Positions 23,466 to 37,589 of a stretch of DNA of 64,000 nucleotides are shown here, piece after piece. The DNA is from Chiloscyllium plagiosum (Eukaryota): contig NC_057753.1 in assembly GCF_004010195.1 (NCBI RefSeq), forward strand, positions 1,230,890-1,294,889, given 5' to 3'. The notes beneath the pieces were generated by a model. It did no database searches. It was not told where the DNA came from and saw nothing but the letters and a program-made list of their open reading frames with translations. Every line of letters begins with the position of its first letter. Positions within the stretch are counted from its first letter, which is position 1. The translations under genes were made by a program, and so were the position numbers.

Positions 23466-25489
23466 CTCATTTTCAATAGAGATGGGAATGCTGCTATTAA
23501 TTGCTAAGTTGCAGCTCACACTTTGACATTATAAATCATTGCTGAGCCGGTTGACTTCTTTATCTTAACATAACGTGAGATGAGCCCTACAGAGGAAGGA
23601 TGAAATATTCATTGAGCAAATACTTGAAACAAGAAATTATTTCTTTCCAGAAACTTCACACTGATAGTTATGTTGTTCAATACATTAATCAACCAATCAT
23701 CTAATGCTGCAATTAGCGAAAGCCCAAAGACAAAGCATGAGAGCATACTCATGTCTACTTCATACACGGCCAATTTCTTGAACCAATTCTATTTTTTTCT
23801 AATGTAATCATGACAAATGTCTTTATTGCTTTGCCAGTTCATAACCAGATCAACACCCGTAATAAAATAATATTACTAAGCATAATTTATGCTACCATGG
23901 TTCTGGTAGAAGTGTACCACAAGATGATACCACAACAAAAGCTCCAAGTGCAATGTGAAAAGATTCTTAAAATTAAAGAGTAACGTTTCATGCTTATTAA
24001 CAATAATAACATGATAATTTATTCAGAGCAAGGTCACATATGGAACTTTGCTTTTTGGCACTTTTCTTGTTTCCGAGATTGTAATCAAACACTGACTGAT
24101 ACGAGTGATTGAAGACTTTTAGCTGGTGAGCACAAGTTGTACTATGCTTCCCCCTGCTGGTCTCATTGCCTGCATGCAGTTAGCGAACAAAATAATTATA
24201 GTCTGACGGATGGGTTGAGGACAGGAAGGGGAAAGAGTGGTCGTGGGATTGGTCATTAACAGTCAGCACCCTAACAATTGTCCTTAGTGAATGAGGTATA
24301 GAAATAAAGATCGTTACGCTTTATGAACGCAAGGGTACCAGTATATTCAATATCAACATATTGAGACAGAATATAGCGGCAGGTACTATTCCCCAACATT
24401 CATGTGAACAGCTTTTGATGGTTGTTGCGAAGCAACAAAGTTGACACTGTTCAGCACCAGCAGTCCACGTTGAAAATACAACAAGACCTGGATAGAATGC
24501 AGGCATGGGCTGACACGTGTCAAGTTACAGTCATGCCACAAATGTCAGTTAATTGCCATCTCCAGCAAGACTTATTCTTACCATACCATCACTCCTTGAT
24601 GTTAAATAAACAGCAATATATTTATGGCATTTATTTCCTACCTTTTAGATCGCAAAGCGAGACTGATTTGTACACAGACATAGGAGTGGAGTGAAACATA
24701 TAGTAGAAATAGTTAGAGAGGAGTCGATAAAGGTAGTTTAAGCAGAGATGTGTATGTTGCATGAATTGATGTAGAGATTTACAGAATCGGCACAAGAGAC
24801 AATTACAGAAATAGAGAGAGAGATGGAGAGAGGGAGAGAAAGAGATTTGGAAGTAGAATTGGGTAGGTTGAAACAAATTCAAAAGTAATCTAAATAGAGA
24901 AGGGTAAGGTTGCACGGTCAATTGATGTTTGTTTGCCTTCCATGCTGAAAATATTTTAAACACAGAATGTCGCCAGGACGTTACATAAATCTATTATGGG
25001 TGTACCAAGACCTATGATGTGCCTGGGCCTGAGGTTAAATAATAAAGAACTGGAGGCAGAGACAGCGGATGAACATTTGAGTTTGCACTGACTCCTGATA
25101 TGCTGCATTGCAAGACTAACGATTAGGTCTGTTTTAAATGCTGACAACTGAATGCTGAAAAATGTTAAACTCTGCATTTTTACTGAAACACGTTTCATGG
25201 AGACTGAGTTCAGGATTTACACGAAATTGATGTCCAGAGATACAGAGGCGTTTACTGCAGCGTTGGAGAGTGAGACATGCCTGAAATATATGATATTAAG
25301 GTTGGTGTTTGGCTGAAATGTGCTCTTGTACGCAGAGATGAGAGTTCAGTATAACTGGCAGTCCTCCAGCAGAGAGAAATAAATTAATTTCCAGTCTCTT
25401 TGAATACCTGAATATATTTATCATTTTCAAACAGAGAGTGGTTCCTTTGTGGAATGAGCTTCCAGAGGAACAGGCAGATACGGGTACAA

Positions 25490-25680
25490 TTTCGCATGAG
25501 AGAGCAGCGGGAGCTGGACGGAAGTGAAGGCAGAGCGCAAAGCCGGTCGGGAAGGTAAGTGATTGTTATTTAAGAACTTACCTCGACGCCAACGGTCTTT
25601 TCGCATCAGAGAGCGGCAGGAGCTGGGCGGAAGTGAAGGCAGAGCGCAAAGCCGGTCGGGAAGGTAAGTGATTGTTATTT
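25490..25680 (+). repeat. 110-bp-period tandem repeat in the LINE 5' UTR
   Basis: tttcgcat(g/c)agagagc..ggaagtgaaggcagagcgcaaagccggtcgggaaggtaagtgattgttattt occurs at 25490-25570 and 25600-25680. Confidence 0.9.
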
Positions 25681-28600
25681 GAGTGGGTGTGTTCTATGAT
25701 GAGACGATGAGCAAGGCAGAGAGGAGACAGCTGCAAGAGACCCCGGGGGAAGTACCTGTCAGGCACAAGTTGAATCTTTTGGAAATAGTATAGACAGATG
25801 ACACTGCCAGTCAGACAGGCGGACAGGTCTGTCAATCAAAGGTTGGCGTGGAGACAGAGCGGAAGAGTCGGACATCGCACAGAGCCGTGGATATATGGGA
25901 CTCCATAGTGAGAGGCACTGACCGGGGTTTTTGTGGCAGCAGACGGGACTTAAGGATGGTGTGTTGCCTTCCTGGTACCAGGGTTAAAGACATCACAGAC
26001 AGAGTGCAGGAAATCCTCAAGGACGAAGGTGAAGAGCCAGGGGTGATGGTACATATTGGCAGAAATGATGTTGGGAAGAAGAGGAGGAACATACTACATC
26101 GGGACTTCGGAGAACTAGGAAGAAGGCTGAAAAGCAGGACGTCCAAAGTAGTTATCTCCGGTTTGCTTACAGTTCCTCGGCTGGTGAGGCCAGAAACAGG
26201 GAGATAATGGAATTGAACGTGTGGCTGTGGAACTGGTGCAGGAAGCAAGGATTTAAATTCTTGGATCACTGGGGTATGTTTTGTGGTAAGCATAAATTCT
26301 ACAAGAGAGACGGTTTGCACCTTAATAGGTTAGAGACCAGCATTCTGGCAGGCAGGTTTGCTACTGCAACACAGCTACGTTTAAACTAAGTAGCGTTGGG
26401 GGAGGGGGGGGAGGACAAACTGGATGTTTAAGAAGGAAATTGGAGGGAAAGTTAGAACAAGGGAAGTCAAGAAAGATAACTGTATCAGTGAGGCAGAAAA
26501 CTCAGAAAGGCATCATGCTGTAAGGTTGAGTGAAATAAGAGTTGATGGGAAGGGTGAGGGCAGTAACAAATTAAAAATGCGATACATGAATGCACGAAGC
26601 ATTAGAAAAAAGATGGATGAGCTTGACGCTCTTTTGAATAAAGGCAGCTACGATATTGTGGGGATAACTGAGACGTGGCTTCAAGTGGACAGGGCTTGGG
26701 AAATGAATATTCAAGGCTACACGTGCTATCGTAAGGACAGACTGACGGGCAGAGGGGGTGGGGTAGCCATGTCGGTAAGGGATGATATTCACTCCCTTGC
26801 GCGGGGGGCCCTAGAATCAGGGGATGTAGAGTCAGTGTGGACAGAGCTGAGAAATACTAAGGGTAAATATACCCTCTTGGGAGTTATTTACAAGCCCCGA
26901 AACAGTAGTCTGGATGTCGGATGTAAGTTAAATCAGGAGCTGAAATTGGCCTGTCGCAAAGATGTCACTACAGTTGTTATGGGGGATTTCAACATGCAGG
27001 TAGACTGGGAGAATCAGGATGGTATTGGATCTCAAAAAAGAGACTTTGTGGAATGCCTCCGAGATGGATTCTTAGAACAGCTAGTGCTGCAGCCGACCAG
27101 GGAGAAGATAATTCTGGATCTTTGCAACGAACCAGAATTGATCAGGGACCTCGAAGTGAATGAACCATTGGGAAGTAGAGATCATAATACAATAAGGTTC
27201 AACCTGCAATTTGAGAGGGAGAGGGTACGATTGGAAGTGACAAAACGTCTGTTGAATAAAGGGAACTATGAAGTTATGAGGGAGGAGCTGGTCAAAGTTC
27301 AATGGTGCAATACGTTAGCAGGGATAACAGTGGAGGAACAATGGCAGATATTTCTGTGTATAATGCAGAAGATGCAGGATCAGTTCATTCCAAAAAGGAA
27401 GAGAGATCCTAGGAGGAGGCATGGGTGGCTGTGGCTGACGACGGAAGTTAAGAAACATATAAAGTTAAAAGAGAAAAAGTATAACATAGCAAAGATAAGT
27501 GGGAAAACGGAGGGCTAAAGAACAACAGAGGATTACTAAGAAGGAAATACGAAGAGAAAAAATGAGGTACGAAGGTAAACTGGCCAATAAGAAAAAGGAG
27601 GATAGTAAAAGTTTTTTTAGGTATGTGAAAGGCAAAAAAAGGTTAAGACTAAAATTCGACCCTTGAAGACAGAAACAGGGGAATATATTACGGGGAACAA
27701 AGAAATGGCAGAAGAATTGAATTGGTACTTCAGATCTGTGTTCACTAGGGAAGACACAAGCAATCTCCCTGAGGTAACAGTGGCTGAAGGACCTGAACTG
27801 AAGGGAATTTATATTTGCCAGGAATTGGTGTTGAAGAGACTGTTAGGTCTGAAGGTTGATAAGTCCCCGTGGCTTGATGGTCGACATCCCAGGGTACTGA
27901 AGGAGGTGGCTCGAGAAATCGTGGATATTTTGGTGATTATTTTCCAGAGTTCGATAGATTCGGGACCAGTTCCTGCGGATTGGCGGGTGGCTAATGTTAT
28001 ACCACTTTTTAAGAAAGGTGGGAGAGAGAAAGCAGGAAATTATAGACCAGTTAGTCTGACCTCAGTGGTGGGAAAGACGCTGGAGTCTATTGTAAAGGAT
28101 GGAATTACGACACATCTAGATAGTAGTAACAGGATAGCTCAGAGTCAGCATGGATTTATGAAGGGGAAATCATGCTTGACTAATCTTCTGGAATTGTTTG
28201 AGGATGTAATTCTGAAGATGGACGAGGGAGATCCAGTAGATGTAGTGTACCTGGACTTTCAGAAAGCTTTTGATAAAGTCCCACATAGGAGGATAGTGAG
28301 CAAAGTTAGGGCGCATGGTATTGGGAGGAAAGTACTAACTTGGATTGAAAGTTGGTTGGCTGATAGGAAACAAAGAATAGTGATAAACGGCTCCATTTTA
28401 GAATGGCAGGCAGTGACAAGTGGGGCACCGCAGGGATCAGTACTGGGACCGCAGCTTTTTACAATATATGTTAATGATATAGAAGATGGTATTAGTAATA
28501 ACATTTGCAAATTTGATAATGATACTAAGCTGGGTGGCAGGGTGAAATGTGATGAAGATGTCAGGACATTACAGGGTGACCTGGACAAGTTAGGTGAGTG

Positions 28601-29437
28601 GTTAGATGCATGGCAGATGCAGTTTAATGTGGATAAATGTATGGTTATCCACTTTGGTGGCAAGAACAAGAAGGCAGACTACTACCTAAATGGAATCAAT
28701 TTAGGTAAAGGGGCAGTACAGAGAGATCTGGGTGTTCTTGTACACCAGTCAATGAAGGTAAACATGCAGGTACAGCAGGTAGTCAAGAAGGCTAATAGTA
28801 TGCTGGCCTTTATAACAAGAGGGATTGAGTATAGAAGTAAAGAGGTTCTTCTGCAGCTATACAGGGCCCTGGGGACACCACACCTGGATACTGTGTGTAG
28901 TTCTGGTCTCCAAATTTGAGGAAAGACATTCTGGCTATTGAGGGAGTGCAGCGTAGGTTCACGAGGTCAATTCCTGGAATGGCGGGATTACCTTACACTG
29001 AAAGACTGGAGCGACTGGGCTTGTATACCCTTGAGTTTAGAAGACTGAGAGGGGATCTGATTGAGACATATAAGATTATTAAAGGATTGGACACTCTGGA
29101 GGCAGGTAACATGTTTCCGCTGATGCGTGAGTGCTGAACCAGAGAACACATCTTAAAAATACGGGGTAAACCATTTAGGACAGAGATGAGGAGAAACTTC
29201 TTCACTCAGAGAGTGTTGGCTGTTTGGAATGCTTTGCCCCAGAGGGCAGTGGAGGCCCAGTCTCAGGATTCATTTAAGAAGGAGTTGGACAGGGCTCTCA
29301 AGAATTGTGGAATCAAGGATTATGGAGATAAGGCAGGAACAGGATACTGATTAAGGATGATCAGCCATGATCATATTGAATGTGGTGCAGACTCGAAGGG
29401 CAGAATGGCCTACCCCTGCACCTATTGTCTATTGTCT
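25490..29437 (+). mobile_element. Near full-length CR1-clade LINE (ORF1 SGNH esterase; ORF2 APE endonuclease + RT), inactivated
   Basis: ORF1 25848-26389 (WDSIVRG, HIGRND, DGLHLN; frameshifted). ORF2 pieces 26424-27518 (YMNARSIRKK, GITETW, MGDFN, GSRDHN), 27663-28919 (RT) and 28916-29137. Tail (ctattgt)n. Inserted into an older LINE end with a short aatt duplication. Confidence 0.97.
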
Positions 29438-29799
29438 AATTAAAACGTTTAAAACACTTGAAATAAAGCATGGTCGGCATAGATTGTTTGGAATGAAGGG
29501 TATGCTTCCGTTCAGTATGACTCGATATAAGACCCTTGGTCCCACATGATTAATGATCAATATCCAACCTGCTTTCAAAGATCAAAGGTATTATTGAATT
29601 CAACTGAATTGAATTGAGTTTAAAAAAGAAACATGGATAAGTTTAGCCTGGAAATAGTATGGGAAGTACATTTGAATGCACAAAGAGTGTTACATCCATT
29701 GTTGGTTTTTGAAATTTCTTGAGGACCAAATGGAATGGACGAGCAGATAACTGTTCCAGTGCAATATAGGAAAATTATAAATGTACATATGTGCAGCTC

Positions 29800-31070
29800 C
29801 TCCAGATATCACCAGGATCGCATATGCCTGTCTTGAACTAAATGAATTCACTCCAGGTGGTAACAAGAAACCTGTGGGGGTCAGTGGACACTGCAGAGGC
29901 AGTGTTTCAGGACAATCCTCCAGCAATAACATTAAAGACATGTGCTCCAGAACGTCCCACGTTCCGAGACAGATTGCTCTAGTGCAGCTACAACACTGGT
30001 ATCTATCCGAGAATTTGATGTATTGCCTGTTCAAAAAAAGCAGGACAAATCTAATCTGGCCAGTTCCAGCCTCAATCTTCAGTAAAGTGATGGAAAGTTT
30101 TAATGAATAGTGCCATTAGACAGCACCCTCCTCAGAGTAAACGTGCTCACTGATACCAACTTTGGGTTCAGACAGGGCCTTCACATGTTCTGACCTTATC
30201 ACAGCTTGTTGCAAACCGCAAAACAAAACAGCAGAATTCCAGAGGTGAGATAAAATTGACTGCCCTTAACATTCTGCCTGCATTTAACTAAATGTAGCCT
30301 TGATGATCCTGAGCAAAACTGAATTCTGTATAAACCAGACGGATCATTCTCCACTCTTTGAAATCCAAACCTAGTAGAAAGATCGTTGCAGTTACTGGAG
30401 GTCAATTATCTTAGCGCCAGCACGTTACTGCAGGACTTTCGGAGAGCAGTGTCCTGGGATCAATCATCTTTATCCGATTCGTCAATGACCTTCCCTCCAT
30501 TGTAATGTCAGAATTGGGCACGTTCGCTGATGATTGCACAATGTTCAGCACCATTTGTAACTTCTCAGATACTGAAGTCCAAATAAAGCAAGACATGATC
30601 AATATCCAAATGTAGGCTGAAAATGGCGAGTTAAATTTATGCAACACAAATGCATATTGATGACCATATCCAACAAGACATAATCAAACCCTGACATTTA
30701 TTGTTGAAAAGCATTGCCATCACAGTATCCCGCACTATCAAAAACCTGCAGGTTACCATTGACCATTGAAACTTAATTGAATTAACAATGTGCAGACGAT
30801 GGTTCCAAGATCTTGTCAGAGGTCAGGAGTTTTGCATCGATTCACTGACATTTTTGACTCCCCAAACCTTACTCACACTTACAAGGCACAAGTCAGGAAT
30901 CTCAGGTAACAGTTTCCACTTGTACGGATGAATGCACCTCCAAAAACATTATAGAAACTTGACAATATCTGGAACAAAGCAGCCTGCTTGATTGCAACCA
31001 CAACTGCAAACACCATTCCCTCAACCATCAATGCTCAATGACAACAGTGTACAGTATCTACAACATGTTC
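29800..31070 (+). mobile_element. Older CR1/L2-group LINE, 3' part of RT
   Basis: SVLGSIIFIRFVNDLPSIVMSELGTFADDCTMFSTI readable at ~30448-30555. Confidence 0.85.
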
Positions 31071-31071
31071 T

Positions 31072-31760
31072 TGCTATGACACGGCAGTAAACCTTTCTGC
31101 TAATTAAACTAAACACACAGAAAAGCTCACCTCACGTTCTCATCTGGTGACGTGTGCGTGACAGAGAACTCCCCAAATTTCACTATTTAACGAAACATAT
31201 CAATTTATTCTTGAACTCTAAAACTGAAAAATAATCAACAACTCTTTATAAGTCTAAGTATCATTTTTCTTAGCGATTTATTATCGACCTTCTACTCTAT
31301 AGCAATCTTCAGATCCAATCAAAGCCCCTATTAAATTTACACCAAGTTAATTTTCAAAACCAGACAGCGGCTGTTGTCTCCAATGTTGGTCGTCCTCTTT
31401 TTGTAGATCAACCTGGACCATCTTTGGTCTTTTGCTGCAAAGACGTTTCATATGAAAAAGGTACCTTTGATGTGGTGGGTAGCAGTCTTTCTACGTAGAT
31501 GGTGCTCTTTCTGACTAATTGTCCAAAATGCCTGTTTGTTTTTATTCTCCAAACATCGTATTGTTGCAATGGCTCAGTGTTGTCAAAATAGTAAAATTCA
31601 AAATCGATTCGGTTTTAGTATCGTTGGCTATAATTTTGGTTATAATTTGAGAGGCTGTGAGAGTGATTTTTAAAAAAAATGTCCATTGATGTAAAGACAA
31701 GAAATCGAGAATGCCAGACGGCGGCATAATGATTTTCTAAGGGTAGTTCGCTGGGTAGAT
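31072..31760 (-). mobile_element. LTR (solo or partial) of the same family as 44349-45118
   Basis: The reverse complement ends ggtttactgccgtgtcatagca, matching the LTR end ggtttactgccgtggcgtaaca; it also shares 'ggttttgaaaattaa'. Confidence 0.8.
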
Positions 31761-32990
31761 AAAATATGTATCTATTCAAACATTTTTCCGTGAAGGAGGG
31801 AAACAGAGATGTTTTCATTGTAAAGTTATTCTTATGGACAAGGCCAGACTCCCTAAAAGCATATCAAGAAAGTGGCCCAGACCCTAACTTTGCTAGCAGT
31901 TTTAACACAAATATTCCAGGAATTATGCAGCTTGTCAACCCACTTAGTATTCAACAAAACATAATTTATTTATAAGATTACCGAACGAAGCACAAACGAA
32001 AGAGAACAGAATACCGAATAACTTAACCTACCCACTTAATGATGCTGTTCCAAACACTTACAACAATCCCCATAAACACCCCTTGGCACAAAAGGTAAAA
32101 TGAAACACAGGCTCTTACAGGAGGGAAGACAGAAACAGAGTATCAGCCTAGACCTGCTTCTTTGGGTCCAGGAGCTTCTTCAACTCTGCAGTGCTAAAAC
32201 CAAACCAAAAAAGAGAAGGACTGAATTGGGAGATTTGGCTTCTCCTCTTTCGTTGTGCAAGGTTTTTATTCAAAAACGTAAACTTTTTTTTTCTTCCTAG
32301 GGCAGTATCTGTTAGCTACAATCAAATCCACCTCTAAAAGATTTAATCTTAGACTTTTTTGGAGTCTGTGTCGTTGACGACCTCTCTGAAAAAAAAAAAC
32401 AAGTACAACATAATCTTGTTAAAGAAAAGCATCGCCATAGGTGCCCCATTAAAAATGAACCACCAATAAGCAATTGGTGGGTGACACGGTGGATCAGTGG
32501 TTAGCACTATTTAATCGTTCCCGAAAAATTGACACATGGTCTAATTGGGTGATCTCTAAATTCTGACGTAGCAATTTCTCCTTAATCAATTTACACAGTC
32601 CTATCACTTCATGTCCAAAAATTCATTCAAATAGACTGAATTTGGTCGATTAATTTGGTGCACATCTGATCGCAAAAAGCACAAATGCGATTCTGTTATG
32701 CCAACCATCAGGATAGTCTTGACCATAAGCCTTCAAAATGGTCTTCAATGTCTGATGCCACCTTTCGAGCACTTCCTGCGACAATAGAAGGGATGCGGCA
32801 GATTTGTATTGTTTTATTCCTAAGCAATCCATATCTTCCTCGAATAGTTTCAATATGAACTTTACACACTTGATCAGACTGTATCTCTATAGGTCATCCA
32901 TATCTAGTGAAAATTTTCAGTATTTCCTCTATAATCTTTTTAGCTATGATATTGTGAAATGACATAGAAATCTAATGGACACGTCGATTA

Positions 32991-33207
32991 TTCTCCCCAT
33001 GTGTGTGTGGGTTTCCTCCCGGTGCTCAGGTTTCCTCTCACAGTTCATAAATCTGCAGATTAGCTGAATTGGCCAAGCTAAATTGCCCATAGTGTTAGGT
33101 GAAGGGGTAAATGTAGGGAAATGGGTCTGGTTTGAGTTGCTCTTCGGAGGGTAGGTGTGGACTTGTTGGGCCGAAGGGCCTGTTTCCACACTGTAAGTAA
33201 TCTAATC
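32991..33207 (+). mobile_element. 5'-truncated HE1 SINE inside the Gypsy integrase
   Basis: V core plus 'ggcctgtttccacactgtaagtaatctaatc'. Confidence 0.9.
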
Positions 33208-35486
33208 AAATGTATTGTTAACAAATACTGATTCCTCCTTTCTGTTTTAGATAGGGACCTACTCAATCAATTTAACTCTCATAAATGGTTCTTCACATGC
33301 AGGATTAGGTATTAAACGTGCGGGTTTTATTACTGCCTGACATTTTCAGGCATCTGACATGCATGACATGTCTGACAAAATTCAATCTCATCCTTGTGAT
33401 GTCCAGGCTAGTAAAATGTTTTTGTATTTTAGCTTGAGTTTTTCACAATCCTAAATGACCCGCTAGTGGTAGCTCATGCACCGCCGGCAACACAACCTTT
33501 CTATAACCCACTGATAATACAACTTGATGAACCTCTGTACATTTCTCATCTGCCTGAATATGCGATGGTGTCCATTTTATCATGAAGACATCATTTTTGA
33601 GATACTAATATTCAGTGAGACTTTCGAGTTCTTTCTCCGTGTATGCATTTTGTTACAAATGTTTTAGCTTTCATCTTGATGCGGTTAGTCAGTTAATTTC
33701 TCTGAGCTAAAGATGTACTTTATGTCATCTGTCTGCTGCTGGTTTGGGTCAACCATCTGATCAAACAGGGTCTCTGCTAATTCCACTTCAACTTTCTTAT
33801 CTGTACTTCTTGATCTCTCGTCTTTCAACTGGTGACTTTCTGACCTCGTTACCACACAGTCACGAATGATCTCAGGATATGTGTCCTGCAAAAATTATTT
33901 TGCCTGAGTTTCCACGGGCTTTTCAATCACGCAGCAGTCCTTCCGGTGAACCAGCTATATCATTAACAAGGACAAATTATAATCCTGGAGATGAGCGTTT
34001 GTCCAGTACTCCTACCATGACTTCTCCACATTTCGCTGGACATGTTAACCTCGCTTGACATAATTGAGTGTTTCTTGTCTCATCGTGAATACCCGTTACT
34101 CGTAACTTTACTGGCCAAAACATTTCAGGAGTACATATATCCTCATCTTTCAAAATCACACATTGAAACGATCCTGTGTCTCTTAATATTGTAACCTCTT
34201 TACCTGCTGCTTCTGGCCTACGCGAATTAACTTTGCCTTCGCTTGTGCAAGGTTTAAGAAGATCTAGCACTACCTCCATAAATAACCTCCGACCAGCTTT
34301 CACATTATGGTGCAGCCGACTGGACTCCACTGTGCTTTCCAACACCACTTCAACAAAATCGTTGGATTATCCTGTTTTCATACATCTGCCTTCTCAGTGT
34401 TTTTCCTAATCTACCAACACTGTGGTTTCATGTGGCCTACTTTATTGCAGTGAAAACACCAGAGCTTTTTAACTTCTCTTTTTTTTCAAGGCTTTCCTTT
34501 TTACCTTGTGGTAAGTTATCCTTATGATTTTTTCTTTCCATGCAAGGATTTCTCTTTTCTCCAATTTCCATCCCTCACTGATTGAAGTTAAGGTTGGAAA
34601 CCACACTTTGATTTATGGACCAATTCCTAAAATTCAGCCATTTCAATTGCAAATCTCTGACCTTCCACATGAGTTCTTAGTACTTCAGGAAGTGAATTTT
34701 GGAACACCTCCAAAATTATCATGTCTCTAAGAGTGTCATGGTTCTGCTTCATTTTTAATACTCATGTATGCTTATCAAAATTACTTGGTTTGAGCCTTTC
34801 AAACTCAATGTTGATTTGGCCAGTGTACCTCCTTAGATTGTTGAAACATTGTCTGTCGGCCTCTGGCACAAGCTCGTATGCACTTTAGATGGTTTTCTTC
34901 ACCTCCTCATACCTCCCACATACCTCCCAGATAGTCACACAAATACCTCCCTAACTCTATCTTTATGTATTATTTGGATTGACAAAACCCGCATGGTCAC
35001 TAGCCTTTGTTTAGCCACAGTTTCAAATGAATGAAAAAAAGGCTTCCAAATACTTCTCATCAAATCCAAGCAATGTTGAAATATATTTTAACATTTTCTC
35101 ACTAGCACCTTGGCTAGCATGGGTTTGCTTATCCTCACTCTCTTCCTCAGTAAATTTACCTTCAGCCTTCATCTCCATTCTTTTAGGATGGCTTATCTGT
35201 GTAAGTGCCAATTTCTGAAATTCAAAGTCCCTCTCATTCTTCCTTTCCAGTCTCTCATTTTCTCTCTCTTTCTCTAACTTGTTTCTTTTCCATTTTTTCT
35301 GTTTCTCTACTTCTAATCGTAATTCCTTTCGTTTTGCATTTAACTCAATCTGTTTCATTTTCAATTGAATTTTAGCCATCTCTAAAGATGCTGATGGCGT
35401 TTTCCAACAAACTTAAATGAGTTATCAATTTACTCTCAATGATCAACAAATAATGAAAGGGATATTGAGACTTTTACAGTAATAAT

Positions 35487-35812
35487 GCGGGCTCAGTGGG
35501 TTAGCACTGCTGCCTTACAGCACTAGGAACCCAGGTTCGATTCCCACCTCGTGGGAATTCCCGCCCCCCAGGAAGTCCTCGGTGATTGTCTGTGTGAACT
35601 TTGCACATTCTCTCCGTGTCTGTGTGTGTTTCGTCTGGTTGCTCTGTTTTCCTTCCACCACCAAAACATGTGCAGGCCAGGTGAATTGGCCATTCTAAAT
35701 CACCCATAGTGTTACGTGCATTAGTCTGAGGGAAATGGGTATGGGTGGGTTACTCTTCAGAGGATTGGTATGGACTTGTGGGCCGAAGGGCCTGTTTCCA
35801 CACTGTTAGGGA
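35487..35812 (+). mobile_element. HE1 V-SINE
   Basis: tcagtgggttagcactgctgcc head, ggttcgattcc B box, V core and HE1 end. Confidence 0.9.
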
Positions 35813-35819
35813 GATTAAT

Positions 35820-36243
35820 AATAAAAAAAGTGGTTGTCGATTTTTTTATTTGTGTACTTTTTTTCAGGTTACATTTATGGGGTCGACTATGAAATGGATA
35901 ATATTTTTGAGGGACTGAAATTCATGTCTGTTGAAAATCATACCATAGTATTAGCAGAAGCCTAACTGATCTCTGAACGAATTTAAAAAACAAATTGCGG
36001 TAATTCTGTCTACGCAGAGTGGAACATAACTACCAGCAGACTGTCAGAGTGGAACAACTGGCAGACTGGACAGCTGGAGCAGGACGTGACGGACGGCATA
36101 CTGACTCATAAACGTTGATCTGTTTTCTGTAAAGAACTAGGCCAGATTTCGACAAGAGATATATGGAAAAGTCCAGGTTATTTGGTCAAAAATACGGGGT
36201 TGACTTTTATATGAGATCTACTATTACTCGAATATATAAACTA
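35820..36243. mobile_element. Possible non-autonomous Tc1/pogo-like DNA transposon remnant
   Basis: Repeated ggggtcgact/ggggttgact subterminal motifs and a terminus 'tactcgaatatataaacta'; interrupts the Gypsy gag. Confidence 0.4.
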
Positions 36244-37432
36244 CCTCTCCATTCTTTACCGAAGAAGGCATCTCCTGCTTGCCTGCTAATTCCAGTAGCT
36301 TGGCCTTAATCACCTTTTTCAAAACCCGCAATGATACTTCTTCCGCCCCCCCCCTCCCTCCCCCCAGGAAGTTCTTGGTGATTGAAAGAGCCATTAATAT
36401 CTCAAGGACTGCTTAATCCAACCGAATTAAACACCGAGAACAAAAGCCACTGCCACCTAACACTCGCTGACTTCGGATTCAACAACACTAATCACAATTC
36501 TGAACTGCAGAACAAATCCTGTCAAGGGCCCCCCAATCTCTTATGGACAAGGCCAGACCATCTCAAAACATTTCAAGAATATGGCGCAGAAGCCCAAGTT
36601 GTGTTAATTGTTTTAACCAGGTGTAACACGTATATTCCAGGAGTGATGAAGCTGGTCAACCCACTTAATTTTAAACAAAGCACAAGTTATTGACAAGATT
36701 ACCTTTTGTAACCTAAAAAATGAGAACCAAAAACCAAATACCTTACACTATCCGAAAACTCTACAGACTATCCCTTCTTAATGAAGCTGTTCCAAATTAT
36801 TGCAGCAACCCCCATAAACACCCCTTGGCACAAAAGGCAATATAACACTCAGGGTCTTACAGGATAGAAGTCAGTGAGCGGTACGAGCCTGGACTCAAAG
36901 TGATTGAATTAAGAAATAACAATGCAGGCAGGAACATGCAATTTAGCCCACCCACTAATGAAAGCCACGAATAATTATATAGAACCTCTGAGGCAAACGG
37001 ACCAAACAGTGCCAATCAGTATAGAGGTCTCTCCCTCCAGAGCAGAAGACCAATGGACATTGCGATTGTAGAAATACGATGCTGAGGATAACTAACTGAG
37101 ACATAACTAACTTTGCATCGATATTTAACTGATGGTGTGAAACTGAGGAAAATATATTAGTTTTCATAAGTCTAACTTCAATGAGACAGTTAAACACTAT
37201 TTCAATGTACTACATCTTTGCTAGCAAGATGAACTGACGGACACTAACCACAGAAGAGTGAGCTGACATATGTGAAATCACCTTAAACTGATTCGTTGAG
37301 TAGAGGAACTGCGGGAGTCAACAACGCCCTGTCATGTCCCCTAAGGAGAGGGTCTGAGAGAAACCAGCATCAGCATGTAAAGTTCTCCCTTCGGCAAGAG
37401 AGAAAAATGGGACAAAACACCACTCAACTTAC

Positions 37433-37519
37433 TTATATCCCGACGTGGATTTTGATCAATATAGTGATTGCTCCAAGATTGATCTTGACAAAAGAAAAAA
37501 TCAAAATGCAGATATCTCT
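37433..37519 (-). pseudogene. IgSF gene D: transmembrane exon with a charged Lys
   Basis: Acceptor attctcatgttttag, donor AA|GTAAGT; reads RDICILIFSFVKINLGAITILIKIHVGI*. Confidence 0.5.
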
Positions 37520-37589
37520 CTAAAACATGAGAATCACGAGTCAGTATGCCCATCTGGGAGAAAGCAGCTGAAAGACACATTATAATGCA

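Larger units (their letters stand above)
31828..36900 (-). mobile_element. Gypsy (Gmr1-like) LTR retrotransposon, internally deleted (RT/RNase H missing)
   Basis: LTR copies sharing 'ttatggacaaggccagac' at ~31831 and 36541; tRNA-Pro-like primer binding site (PBS; minus TGGGGGGCCCTTGACAGGAT, ~36516-36535); gag 35023-35379; protease ILRDTGS 33977-34348; integrase LERWHQTLKTILKAY 32650-32853. Confidence 0.9.

Noticed and set aside
23466..23586. Strong acceptor (tccttcctctgtag) and QSVSCNL as an alternative V start
   Set aside because: It would give an overlong V with Cys spacing near 100 codons; more likely a separate upstream exon plus intron.
24960..25420. Possible minus-strand cytoplasmic exons (SYTEL), plus similar small exon-like pieces at 29640-29760 and 36955-37350
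   Set aside because: Could belong to the tail of gene D, but the motifs are too short and the frames too broken to call.
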